Below are positions 1-7,078 of a stretch of 39,003 bases of DNA, piece by piece. Both the position numbers and the translations under genes were made by a program. The notes under the pieces were generated by a model that was given only the letters and a program-made list of their open reading frames with translations, made no database searches and was not told the DNA's origin. The stretch lies in IMG/VR virus record IMGVR_UViG_3300045988_097822, positions 1 to 39,003 of that record. One strand, written 5' to 3'. The DNA comes from a virus. Position 1 is the first letter of the stretch. Every line of letters starts with the position of its first letter.

Positions 1-119
1 CCTCGTTGTAATCGTCGCGGTGCCCCTGCTCGTTGATCCTGCGCCCCACGACGCGCCCAGCCACAGGGACGGCATAAAGCCCGGTTTTTGCGCCCAGGCC
101 GCCGCCATTCCCGCAGAGG
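1..119. repeat. Terminal overlap, left copy (identical to 38885-39003)
   Basis: Base-by-base comparison of the first and last 119 nt found no mismatch. Confidence 0.97.
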
Positions 120-844
120 ATTACGCTTTTGGCGTCCGGGCTGTAAACACGGTATTGCTGGCTGTCAAAAGTCTGGTTCTTTGCGTCGTTCTCAATGGTC
201 CCGATACGGACAGGCTCGGCGCAAATGTTGTACGGCACGCCGCGATGAACATTTGCGGTGATGCAAAGCGCTTTGTCTGCCTCCCCTGGCTTTTGCAGAT
301 ATGTCCAACGGTCGGAGTATTTGCCATGCTCACCAACCATGTAATCCATTTCCCGCTCCAGCGTCTTAATGGCAACAGGTTCCGCCGCACCATTCCGCTG
401 GTGTCTGGAAACCATGTCGTCCGCCGTGGTTCCGCCAGTTGTGGACAGCAGGGCATACCCTTTTTCTTTCCAGCAGACACCACTTTCCAGAATGTCGCGT
501 AGGAGGATCCCACTGTCCACCGGCTGCTCCACCGCCACTTGGCTGTATGTGCCGTCCGGGTTACGCTTTCCCACCCAGTAGAGCCGCTGGCGGTTCTGCG
601 CCGATACCAGTGCGGAGTTGATAAGCACGGGTTCCACGCCCAGCTCCGCCGTGATCTGCGCCCGGATAGCGGGCGACATGGACTTGTTGTTCTCGTAGAG
701 AAAGAAATCCGGCTTATACTTGTCGCGGGCGATACGGTAGTTTAGAAATAGCTCCCAGCCGATGCCGCTGGCTTCGGTCTCGCGGTTCTTCGTCTGTGCG
801 ATGCTCCAATGTGTGCAGGGACTTCCGCCGATCAATAGTTTCAT
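1..844 (-). CDS. DNA (cytosine-5) methyltransferase, 5' part of a wrap-around ORF (motifs IV, VI, VIII and TRD copy 1). It continues at 38884 down to 38130, 532 aa in total.
   Basis: My own translation from the ATG at 844-842 (ATGA overlap with the upstream stop) gives MKLLIGGSPCTHWS (motif IV PC), FFLYENNKS (motif VI ENV-like), SAQNRQRLYW (motif VIII QxRxR) and QQYRVYSPDAKSVILCGNGGGLGAKTGLYAVPV. I found no stop before the window edge. Confidence 0.85.
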   Translation of the reverse strand, partial: MKLLIGGSPCTHWSIAQTKNRETEASGIGWELFLNYRIARDKYKPDFFLYENNKSMSPAIRAQITAELGVEPVLINSALVSAQNRQRLYWVGKRNPDGTYSQVAVEQPVDSGILLRDILESGVCWKEKGYALLSTTGGTTADDMVSRHQRNGAAEPVAIKTLEREMDYMVGEHGKYSDRWTYLQKPGEADKALCITANVHRGVPYNICAEPVRIGTIENDAKNQTFDSQQYRVYSPDAKSVILCGNGGGLGAKTGLYAVPVAGRVVGRRINEQGHRDDYNE

Positions 845-1131
845 ACGCCCTCCAATTCCCCGCCGCAGGCAGCGTAACCGGCGAGGTCAATCCAGTTATC
901 TGCTTTGCCGTGGCCGGTGGCGATGCGGGCCAGCTTAAACAGGCACATCATAGCCCCCACGTCAGCGCCGGTGATGCAGACGTCGCCGTCCGGGTTGACG
1001 CATTTCTCGCGGATATACGGCTCCCACAGCGCCGCAATCATGTTGAAAGACTTTTCTGGACTGCCGTAATCCTGTTCCCGGTCTCCGCACACGCACTGCT
1101 TGGCAGCGGCTAAAATCTCTTCACGGGTCAT
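841..1131 (-). CDS. Small helical phage protein, DUF6378 / dATP-dGTP pyrophosphohydrolase-N-like
   Basis: Sequence MTREEILAAAKQCVCGDREQDYGSPEKSFNMIAALW...DVGAMMCLFKLAR. The ATG at 1131 follows a GGAGGTGGAGGA RBS and has an ATGA overlap with the upstream gene. Confidence 0.4.
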   Translation of the reverse strand: MTREEILAAAKQCVCGDREQDYGSPEKSFNMIAALWEPYIREKCVNPDGDVCITGADVGAMMCLFKLARIATGHGKADNWIDLAGYAACGGELEGV

Positions 1132-1475
1132 TCCTCCACCTCCGCAAGCCAGAACGCCTTTCTGCACTCAATGCAGTCTATCCCTGTGGGGCAATTCCCA
1201 CACAATGCTCTATCCACTTGGCAGGGGGATACCCGGACAAGCCCTGTGTCTGGATATATTGGCGCATCGGGAAACATCTTCAAGAACTCGCTCTGTCTGG
1301 TTTTAGAGGGGTGCTCCTTTGCCCACTTTTCGGCAATGGCAACGGCCTCCTCCGGGTGGGTTCTTTGCCAGACAGGGCAGGTTTCAAACCCGCTACGTAC
1401 TTTTCTAAACTCGCATTTGAGGCACTCACAGTGGCACATTCTGTTCAATGTTTTCAAATACTCCACAGCGTCCAT
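1128..1475 (-). CDS. Cys-rich hypothetical phage protein
   Basis: 115-aa ORF with several CxxC-type pairs, tightly coupled to both neighbours. Confidence 0.55.
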   Translation of the reverse strand: MDAVEYLKTLNRMCHCECLKCEFRKVRSGFETCPVWQRTHPEEAVAIAEKWAKEHPSKTRQSEFLKMFPDAPIYPDTGLVRVSPCQVDRALCGNCPTGIDCIECRKAFWLAEVEE

Positions 1476-1885
1476 TACTTTTCCTCCTCAATGATGACCT
1501 CCACACGGGAGGCACCGGTTGTCTGGTACTTCCACACCGTCAAAGCTGCGATTGCGCTGTCATCGTTGTAAGCGTGGCCGTTCAGCGCGTCTAGGATGGC
1601 CTTCGCCACGTTGTCAGCGTCAGGGCGCTTAATGTGGGGCGTTCCGTCCAGCGCGGCGGCCTTTTTCTTTGACGTGCTTCTCGGCACCGTGAAGAACGCC
1701 GTGACGGTGGCCGACAGTGGGATACCCGCCGCAAAGCCCTTGCCGTTCTGGCACTGCCAGCACTGGACCACCTTGTCCTCGTAGTCCTGCGTTTTCTGTG
1801 GGGTGTATGTATGATGGCCGTTTTTTGTGAACCGGGGACGGCCCTTGCCCACCGGAATACCGGGGACTGTGAATGTAACCTTCAT
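1475..1885 (-). CDS. rusA: RusA-family Holliday junction resolvase
   Basis: GKGRPRF near the N-terminus and RPDADNVAKAILDALNGHAYNDD, which are typical RusA catalytic-region motifs. Confidence 0.85.
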   Translation of the reverse strand: MKVTFTVPGIPVGKGRPRFTKNGHHTYTPQKTQDYEDKVVQCWQCQNGKGFAAGIPLSATVTAFFTVPRSTSKKKAAALDGTPHIKRPDADNVAKAILDALNGHAYNDDSAIAALTVWKYQTTGASRVEVIIEEEK

Positions 1886-2019
1886 CGTTTTTCTTCCTTT
1901 CCGTCAATGATGACCTGCACCACCCGGACGCGGCCCAGAGGCTCCAGCAGCATGGCCACCGCCTCCTTGGTGCCCTGCGTATCCTCGCCATCGTAAATGT
2001 CAACTACGATCCGCATCAT
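1882..2019 (-). CDS. Small hypothetical protein (45 aa, below the ORF-track cutoff)
   Basis: My translation is MMRIVVDIYDGEDTQGTKEAVAMLLEPLGRVRVVQVIIDGKEEKR. An AGGAGGG RBS lies upstream and both ends overlap neighbours (ATGA). Confidence 0.45.
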   Translation of the reverse strand: MMRIVVDIYDGEDTQGTKEAVAMLLEPLGRVRVVQVIIDGKEEKR

Positions 2020-2303
2020 CGTGTGTCCCTCCTGAATTTGGGGCAGTAGTGGATCACGAACGAGGATGCTACCCGTATGCCGCCCTTGCCCTTGCCGCCA
2101 ACCTTCAGCACCCGGCTTGTGGGGGTGGCGTCCCAGCCGGGGACCGGCTCAAGGTGGTCGGACCACTCGCAGCCGCCGCAGGCGTTTGCACAATCCCAGC
2201 AGGGCTGCTTGGACTGGAAATCGACCTTGGGGGCTTTCTTTTGCTTCTTCTCCCATGGGGGATAGCGGCGGATCAGCTCGTCCAGCTGAAAATTACTTGC
2301 CAT
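2016..2303 (-). CDS. Hypothetical Zn-binding phage protein
   Basis: MASNFQLDEL...CWDCANACGGCEW. The ATG at 2303 overlaps the upstream stop (TAATG). Confidence 0.5.
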   Translation of the reverse strand: MASNFQLDELIRRYPPWEKKQKKAPKVDFQSKQPCWDCANACGGCEWSDHLEPVPGWDATPTSRVLKVGGKGKGGIRVASSFVIHYCPKFRRDTR

Positions 2304-2707
2304 TAAACACCTCGCATATCTGCCAGAGCGCACCATGCGGCATAGGTCATCCCCTGCTTCTTCGCTTCGGAGGGGGTGGGGATACCGGCCTCGTGCCAGC
2401 GCTCGTGCTGTTCGCCTGCCTTGGCGTAGAATTTTTCCAGATAGGCGTCGGACGGCTCCGGCATGGGGGCCTCCTTCGCCTTGGTGGCTTCCGGTTTTGG
2501 CAGGTAAGGGACCAGTTCGGATGCGTCCGGCGGGAACCGGTTCTCCCGTGCCCGGAGGATCACCGCCTGTTTCGCGTCCTCATAAGCCCACGGCTCCAAT
2601 ACCAGCGTCCACGCCTCTAAATCTGCGGGGGTGCGGGGCTGCTGCTTGGAGCTGGGGTAAAGTGTCTCAATCAGGTTAAACAACCGCTGGGTGTCCTGCT
2701 TCTCCAT
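2303..2707 (-). CDS. Putative replicative-helicase loader (SPP1 G39P-like N-terminal domain)
   Basis: The pattern RLFNLIETLYP...W..VLEPW.YEDAKQAV...RENRFPPDASEL resembles the G39P loader/inhibitor family. The gene lies next to an origin-like gap. Confidence 0.45.
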   Translation of the reverse strand: MEKQDTQRLFNLIETLYPSSKQQPRTPADLEAWTLVLEPWAYEDAKQAVILRARENRFPPDASELVPYLPKPEATKAKEAPMPEPSDAYLEKFYAKAGEQHERWHEAGIPTPSEAKKQGMTYAAWCALADMRGV

Positions 2708-2736
2708 GTTCTTCTCCTGTAAGACTTCCGTAGTAG

Positions 2737-2836
2737 TCTCTAATTAGCTTCTAATTCCTGTATTAGCCTCTAATTCTTTTCCCCCTGCCAATAGAGAGAT
2801 AAATATATATATAATCTTTTCTTCTTAGGGGGGTGT
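2737..2836. promoter_or_regulatory. Origin-like non-coding element: three CTAATT-containing repeats plus an AT-rich core flanked by C-run and G-run (copy A)
   Basis: tctCTAATTag / ttCTAATTcc / cctCTAATTct at 2737-2775. These are followed by CCCCCTGCC..AGAGAGATAAATATATAT..TTCTT..AGGGGGGTGT at 2781-2836. The 236-bp gap lies between ssb and the loader-like gene. Confidence 0.4.
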
Positions 2837-2943
2837 GGGGGGGCGTTCTTCTTTTCTCTGCGGCTGCTGTGTGCGTCGGTGATCGTGCTGCGGCTTGCTT
2901 GCATCCGCCCGTCATCACTCTTTAGACACACACGGCAAAGCTG

Positions 2944-3363
2944 TTAAAAAGGAAGTTCCCCGTCATCCTCAATTTCGGTGAAATTATCCTTGGGGGCGTG
3001 GGCGGCATAGGCACTCTGGGCGGGGGCCTGCCCAGCGGTGCTGGCGGAGACACAGACGTAATCCGCCACCAGGTCGTTATAGGTCTTGCCCTCATAGTCG
3101 TGGCTCTCCACACGGCCCACAGCGAATACGGAATCACCCTTGCGGACATTGGCAAGGAGCCGTGCCCAATGGCCCCAGCCCTTGACGGTGAGCCATGCGG
3201 TGGTGCCGTCCTGCTTATCGTAGGCCGGTACGGAGACGGAGCCGACCTCCTTTCCGCTCTGGGTGGCGTAGATCTGGCCGTCCTTGGCGGCGCGGCCCAC
3301 GATCAGGCCGGTTTGCAGCTTCTTGCCCTCCTTGCTGTAGGTGGGCAGCCCGTTAATGAACAT
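2944..3363 (-). CDS. ssb: Single-stranded DNA-binding protein
   Basis: OB-fold-like N-terminal part, a low-complexity linker and an acidic C-terminal tip EDDGELPF (canonical SSB DDxxPF tail). Confidence 0.8.
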   Translation of the reverse strand: MFINGLPTYSKEGKKLQTGLIVGRAAKDGQIYATQSGKEVGSVSVPAYDKQDGTTAWLTVKGWGHWARLLANVRKGDSVFAVGRVESHDYEGKTYNDLVADYVCVSASTAGQAPAQSAYAAHAPKDNFTEIEDDGELPF

Positions 3364-4082
3364 CAGGCATCCTCCTTCGGTTCCAGCGCATCCAGCAGGG
3401 CGTCAAAGTCCTTGCTGAGGACCTTGCTGGCGCTGTCATAGCCGTGGGCCTTCAAGAGGGCTTTCGCCTCCTGCTTCGTCAGGCCGTGGCGGGAACAGGC
3501 AGAATAGAAGAATTTGACCTGCGCGGCGGTAATGGGGGCGTTGGGGTCCTTGCCGGTCAGATATGCGCTGCCGTCCTCGGTGTCACTCTCAATGTCCTGG
3601 GTGAACATATCGGAGACGCAGCCGAGAGACAGGGCAGCGGAGACCAGGGCGCGTTTCTGGGCCATCTTCACGGCGCTGTTGGCACCGTCATAGGGGGACT
3701 GGGAACCGGTGCGGCCCTCGCGGGTGTTGCCGGAGCCGTAGGCAGAGGTGATGACGTATTCCTTGCCGTCATAGATCTTGATGAGATCACAGCGGACGAG
3801 GAAATAGAAAAAGCCGTGCTCGATGTCCTCCAGCTTGCTTTCCAGCGTGTAGCGCTGGCAAAGGCCGTAAGCCACGGCCACCTTCTCCGCGCCGGACTTG
3901 AAGAGGGTGGGGTTTTTCGTCATGGCGTCGCCGTTCTTTTTGCGGATCATGCCGAAGTCGATGCCGCGTTTCAGGATGGCGGGCGCTCCGTCTGGGGCGC
4001 AGATGGTGTAATTCCCGGAGCGGGGGACAGGGGCCACCGTCAGAGCGGCGGCGTTGTATTGGTACAGGGCGAGTTCATTCAT
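3363..4082 (-). CDS. Putative single-strand annealing recombinase (Rad52/ERF-superfamily-like) with a C-terminal helical tail
   Basis: Its position between the exonuclease and SSB fits an annealing protein. NSAVKMAQKRALVSAALSLG is reminiscent of phage annealing proteins. The family assignment is uncertain. Confidence 0.45.
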   Translation of the reverse strand: MNELALYQYNAAALTVAPVPRSGNYTICAPDGAPAILKRGIDFGMIRKKNGDAMTKNPTLFKSGAEKVAVAYGLCQRYTLESKLEDIEHGFFYFLVRCDLIKIYDGKEYVITSAYGSGNTREGRTGSQSPYDGANSAVKMAQKRALVSAALSLGCVSDMFTQDIESDTEDGSAYLTGKDPNAPITAAQVKFFYSACSRHGLTKQEAKALLKAHGYDSASKVLSKDFDALLDALEPKEDA

Positions 4083-4663
4083 GTGCGTTTCTTCCTTTCT
4101 GTGGCTTTATGGAGGGTGCGGCAGGCGTTCACCAAATTTGAATTTGGTTCTACATGGCGAAGCTCATAAGTGCCGTTCTTTGAGAGTTTCAAGGCATAGA
4201 GCGATTGAATTTTCCCGAAACCGCAGCGCGGGTCCCATGAGAAAATCATCTTGTAGGCGGTGAGCTGGGCGGAAAGGGCGGCGTCATGGAGCTGGCCGGT
4301 CTTAATGTCCAGAATCGCGGGGGCATTATGGATGATGCCAAAGCGGTCCATCGTTCCGGCCATTTTCATATTCCGGTCCGCTATAGGACATTCAATCAGT
4401 TTCCATTCCGGTTTCCAGTCTTTGAGAAACCGGCGGTAGGCTTTCAGGTATCCAGCAATCTCCGGGGTTTCCTCCGGCTCCTCTCCGTAGTCGATGAGGG
4501 CGCAGGCTTCGTGGACGGCGGTTCCCCGGCGGGCGGCAGCCTCCGCCAGCCATGGCCGGTCTGACTTGTAGTCATAGGCGCAGAAGCGGGTGACTTCGGT
4601 CACGCTTGGAAGCCTTACGCCGTCAAGGGTGTAGGTGTGGGCGGCCTCGTCAAATGTCAGCAT
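4079..4663 (-). CDS. PD-(D/E)XK (RecB/Cas4-like) phage exonuclease
   Basis: MLTFDEAAHTYTLDGVRLPSVTEV...GTAVHEA...GTMDRFG...AILDIKTG, giving H..D..D/E-x-K ordering. The ATG at 4663 follows a GGAGG RBS. Confidence 0.7.
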   Translation of the reverse strand: MLTFDEAAHTYTLDGVRLPSVTEVTRFCAYDYKSDRPWLAEAAARRGTAVHEACALIDYGEEPEETPEIAGYLKAYRRFLKDWKPEWKLIECPIADRNMKMAGTMDRFGIIHNAPAILDIKTGQLHDAALSAQLTAYKMIFSWDPRCGFGKIQSLYALKLSKNGTYELRHVEPNSNLVNACRTLHKATERKKRT

Positions 4664-4874
4664 TGGGAACCTCCGTATACAGGACCGGGATACCAAGGGC
4701 ATCGGCAAACAGGTCCATATTTTTATCCAGTTCGTTCGACAGGTAGTCCTTAAAGCAGGGCGGGCAGCACAGCTCCCCATTAGGCAGGACGAACACGCGG
4801 TCGCAATCGTCCTCCGCATTGGGGTTCAGGGGATGCTCGCAGAAGTGGCAGATGGGATAGGTTTTTCTGGTCAT
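4650..4874 (-). CDS. Hypothetical Zn-ribbon protein
   Basis: CHFCEHP...CCPPC. The ORF overlaps both neighbours. Confidence 0.5.
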   Translation of the reverse strand: MTRKTYPICHFCEHPLNPNAEDDCDRVFVLPNGELCCPPCFKDYLSNELDKNMDLFADALGIPVLYTEVPNADI

Positions 4875-5062
4875 AGTTGGATCTCCCTCCAGGCACGGAC
4901 CGCGTGGGCGATGTCCGTATAGTTTTTCGTGCGGTAGCCGCAGGAATCGCAGAGGACGAAAAACAGGTCCTCCTTTCCGGGGGCTACCATCCGTTTACCG
5001 CCGTACATGTGGCACCGGGGGCAGGGCGGTAATTCTGCCATCCGGCCACGGCGTCTGCGCAT
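4871..5062 (-). CDS. Lar-like restriction alleviation family candidate
   Basis: MAELPPCPRC...VLCDSCGYRT...AHAVRAWREI. The CPxC...CxxCG...A..AW layout resembles Lar and begins like the second copy at 37333-37545. The start may be 5041. Confidence 0.4.
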   Translation of the reverse strand: MRRRRGRMAELPPCPRCHMYGGKRMVAPGKEDLFFVLCDSCGYRTKNYTDIAHAVRAWREIQL

Positions 5063-5190
5063 CAGATCACGCCCAGCATGTGGGCCAGCACCATGAGCAG
5101 GAAACCGAGGAAGCAGCTGAAGGAAATCCAGGCGGAAAAGTCGGCCCGGTCCCGGCGGCGCTCCTCCCGTGTGCGGCTATCTCTTTTCAT
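5062..5190 (-). CDS. Tiny single-TM peptide (42 aa, below the track cutoff)
   Basis: My translation is MKRDSRTREERRRDRADFSAWISFSCFLGFLLMVLAHMLGVI. A TGATG junction links it to the next gene. Confidence 0.35.
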   Translation of the reverse strand: MKRDSRTREERRRDRADFSAWISFSCFLGFLLMVLAHMLGVI

Positions 5191-5287
5191 GGCGGGGCCT
5201 CCTCTCAATCATGTCTACGATTTTGAAAAGCCAGGCGGCGGCGGTGGATGCGCCGATCAGCACGAAGATGAACGTTGTGGTATCCAT
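5177..5287 (-). CDS. Tiny single-TM peptide (36 aa, below the track cutoff)
   Basis: My translation is MDTTTFIFVLIGASTAAAWLFKIVDMIERRPRHEKR. A GGGAGG RBS lies upstream of the ATG at 5287. Confidence 0.35.
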   Translation of the reverse strand: MDTTTFIFVLIGASTAAAWLFKIVDMIERRPRHEKR

Positions 5288-5289
5288 AG

Positions 5290-5502
5290 TTAAGCCTCCC
5301 CGAAGTGATAGCACTGGCGCAGGCCTCCGTCGAAGGTGACCAGAAACCAGCGGTGCGGAATGTTGATGTAGGAAACGGTGCCGGTGCGGGTTGGGTGCTC
5401 AGCGTCGCCAAGGCAAAGGCGGAAACTGCACCGGGCACCCAGCTCCGGCGGCGCGGGCGGCTTTGGGTCCGGTTTGAAGCCGCAGAGGTTGAGCTTGCTC
5501 AT
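5290..5502 (-). CDS. Hypothetical protein
   Basis: The ORF starts at MSKLNLCGF and is preceded by a GGAGG RBS. Confidence 0.5.
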   Translation of the reverse strand: MSKLNLCGFKPDPKPPAPPELGARCSFRLCLGDAEHPTRTGTVSYINIPHRWFLVTFDGGLRQCYHFGEA

Positions 5503-5699
5503 TTTCTGGCACCTCCGCAAAGCTGGCGGGCCAGCGTGGCGGCGGAGATATAGCCGTCAATGAACGTGAAGCGCCGGTGAATGGCCCGGTAGTCCTTCAG
5601 GCCGGTGAAGGCCAGAACCTCTTTGATGTTCAAGAGGTTGCGGCCATGGGAAAAGGTCAAAATCTGTTCAAGATTGTCTCGATATGCGGGATGTTCCAT
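5499..5699 (-). CDS. Small putative DNA-binding (HTH/Xis-like) protein
   Basis: 66 aa. LLNIKEVLAFTGLKDYRAIHRRF resembles a short HTH. It is the first gene after the antirepressor. Confidence 0.3.
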   Translation of the reverse strand: MEHPAYRDNLEQILTFSHGRNLLNIKEVLAFTGLKDYRAIHRRFTFIDGYISAATLARQLCGGARK

Positions 5700-5830
5700 A
5701 GGGGCCTCCTTCTTTGGTTTTGTCGTGATTGCGATTGGTGGTGCGGGCCGTTAATTGCCTGAGCTATGTGCATTGACGTTTCTGGGTAAAGAGCGAGGGG
5801 AATTGTTCGTGTAACGGCACGAATAATTAT

Positions 5831-6556
5831 TCATTTTTTCGAGAGGAAAAGATTGATGAAGTATTGCTGCCCCTTGCCCGTGACCTTCGGCGTTTTGTTC
5901 ACGCTAATGTGACCGTCGGAATGGGACACGGTGGTTTCTTTTACCTCGAATAGGCCCATTTCCATGCTCCGCTGTGTTGGCATGTTGTGATCGCTGCCAT
6001 TACGCCGAACCAGATAACCGTTCTCTCTCATCCAGTCGAATAAACGGTGCCCGCCGATCTTTACGCCGTTCTGCTTCAAGATCTTTGCCAAGTCAAAAAT
6101 CAGGATGGATGTGTGGGACGCTGCCACGCTGTCAGCAAACAGCACTTTAGGTCGGTTCTCCTCAGACTGCGCTTCCAGATTTTTGATTTTTCTCTCCGCA
6201 ATCTGCAAGGCTCTTGCCATGACCTTTTCCGGGCTGTTCCAGTCCTTTTCCAGTTGGATGAAATAATGACGGGCCTGCTTGCCCTTTTCATTCCGCTGGA
6301 GCATACACAGCTCCTTTGCCATGTCAATGGAGATTTGCGCATCATCGACAAGGCGTGTAACCGTTCTGCCGCCTTCACTCTGAACCCGCTCAATTTTGAG
6401 AAGGTTGAAATCGCGTCCAGCTTCAAAGCCGTATTCGCACATTCTCGGGAACCAGTCCGCATATTTCGCTCCGATTTCCAATAGGCCGTGCAGGTCTCTT
6501 GCGGAAACCGTGATTCGCTCCGGGTCGCTCATGTTAATAGGGATCAGTTCATTCAT
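5831..6556 (-). CDS. Phage antirepressor (AntA/ANT N-terminal domain + KilAC C-terminal domain)
   Basis: VSARDLHGLLEIGAKYADWF (ANT-like) and LFADSVAASHTSILIFDLAKILKQNGVKIGGHRLFDWMRENGYL...PTQRSMEMGLFEVKE...VTGKGQQYF (KilAC-like). Confidence 0.8.
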   Translation of the reverse strand: MNELIPINMSDPERITVSARDLHGLLEIGAKYADWFPRMCEYGFEAGRDFNLLKIERVQSEGGRTVTRLVDDAQISIDMAKELCMLQRNEKGKQARHYFIQLEKDWNSPEKVMARALQIAERKIKNLEAQSEENRPKVLFADSVAASHTSILIFDLAKILKQNGVKIGGHRLFDWMRENGYLVRRNGSDHNMPTQRSMEMGLFEVKETTVSHSDGHISVNKTPKVTGKGQQYFINLFLSKK

Positions 6557-6683
6557 CTTGCGCATCCTCCTTCCGCTTGCCTTTAGATTGATAAAACACC
6601 ACTTTTTCCATTAGCTTAATGACAAGTGCCTGCTTTTCCGGGGACAGGGATCGCAATGCCAACAGGATTTCAAGGTCACTCAC
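6549..6683 (-). CDS. Mini-ORF (44 aa) encoding an L..L.PEKQA helix. It is either translationally coupled to the Cro-like gene or its frameshifted C-terminus.
   Basis: A GTG start sits inside GTGAGTGA, which overlaps the cro-like stop. The sequence is VSDLEILLALRSLSPEKQALVIKLMEK. An AGAGGG RBS lies upstream. Confidence 0.4.
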   Translation of the reverse strand: MSDLEILLALRSLSPEKQALVIKLMEKVVFYQSKGKRKEDAQDE

Positions 6684-6903
6684 TGCGCAACCCTCTTTTC
6701 TTTCTATTTTTTGAACTAACACCAAGAAGCTCGTCCAAAGAAAGGCCGAGAGCTTCCGCAGCCTTGCAAGCAGTTTCAAGTGTCGGTTCGCTTCCCTGCT
6801 TCCACCCGGTGACAACAGAAGCGGAAATATTGGCAGAAGCGGCTGCGGCGGTTGGGCTTACTCCGGCACGCTTGCACGCTGCCGAAAATTTTTCGTAAAA
6901 CAC
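6676..6903 (-). CDS. Cro-like XRE-family HTH regulator
   Basis: MFYEKFSAACKRAGVSPTAAAASANISASVVTGWKQG...LGLSLDELLG. It is divergent from the CI-like gene. Confidence 0.8.
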   Translation of the reverse strand: MFYEKFSAACKRAGVSPTAAAASANISASVVTGWKQGSEPTLETACKAAEALGLSLDELLGVSSKNRKKRGLRSE

Positions 6904-6926
6904 GGAGATCTCCTTTCATTTTGGTA

Positions 6927-6955
6927 TTGACTTATTCGGAATACCGTAGTATCCT
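6927..6955 (+). promoter_or_regulatory. Rightward promoter candidate (TTGACT-17-TATCCT) with an embedded operator
   Basis: TTGACT at 6927-6932, the 17-nt spacer tattCGGaataCCGTAg, then TATCCT at 6950-6955. Confidence 0.5.
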
Positions 6956-6992
6956 GTAATTGAGAAGTTCGGTGTTCCGTATCGACACGTTC

Positions 6993-7021
6993 ATAATACT
7001 ACGGTGCGCCGTAAAAGTCAA
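6993..7021 (-). promoter_or_regulatory. Leftward promoter candidate (TTGACT-17-TATTAT) with an embedded palindromic operator
   Basis: The reverse complement reads TTGACT tttaCGGcgcaCCGTAg TATTAT. It is nearly a mirror copy of the rightward promoter. Confidence 0.55.
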
Positions 7022-7078
7022 TAAATAAATACGCCATTCCGTATTTATGGCGTGATACACAAAGAAAGGGCTTCCGTT

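Noticed and set aside
1-119. The terminal repeat as a biological DTR or as LTR-like mobile-element ends
   Set aside because: It falls in the middle of a conserved enzyme ORF and preserves its frame. It is most simply an assembly overlap marking circular closure. Real termini need read-end analysis.
3444-4169. 241-aa plus-strand ORF
   Set aside because: It is antisense to the annealing-protein gene inside a uniformly leftward, translationally coupled operon.
5078-5293. 71-aa plus-strand ORF
   Set aside because: It is an Arg/Ser/Gly-rich, artefact-like sequence. The opposite strand holds two RBS-preceded, coupled TM micro-ORFs, which explain the region better.
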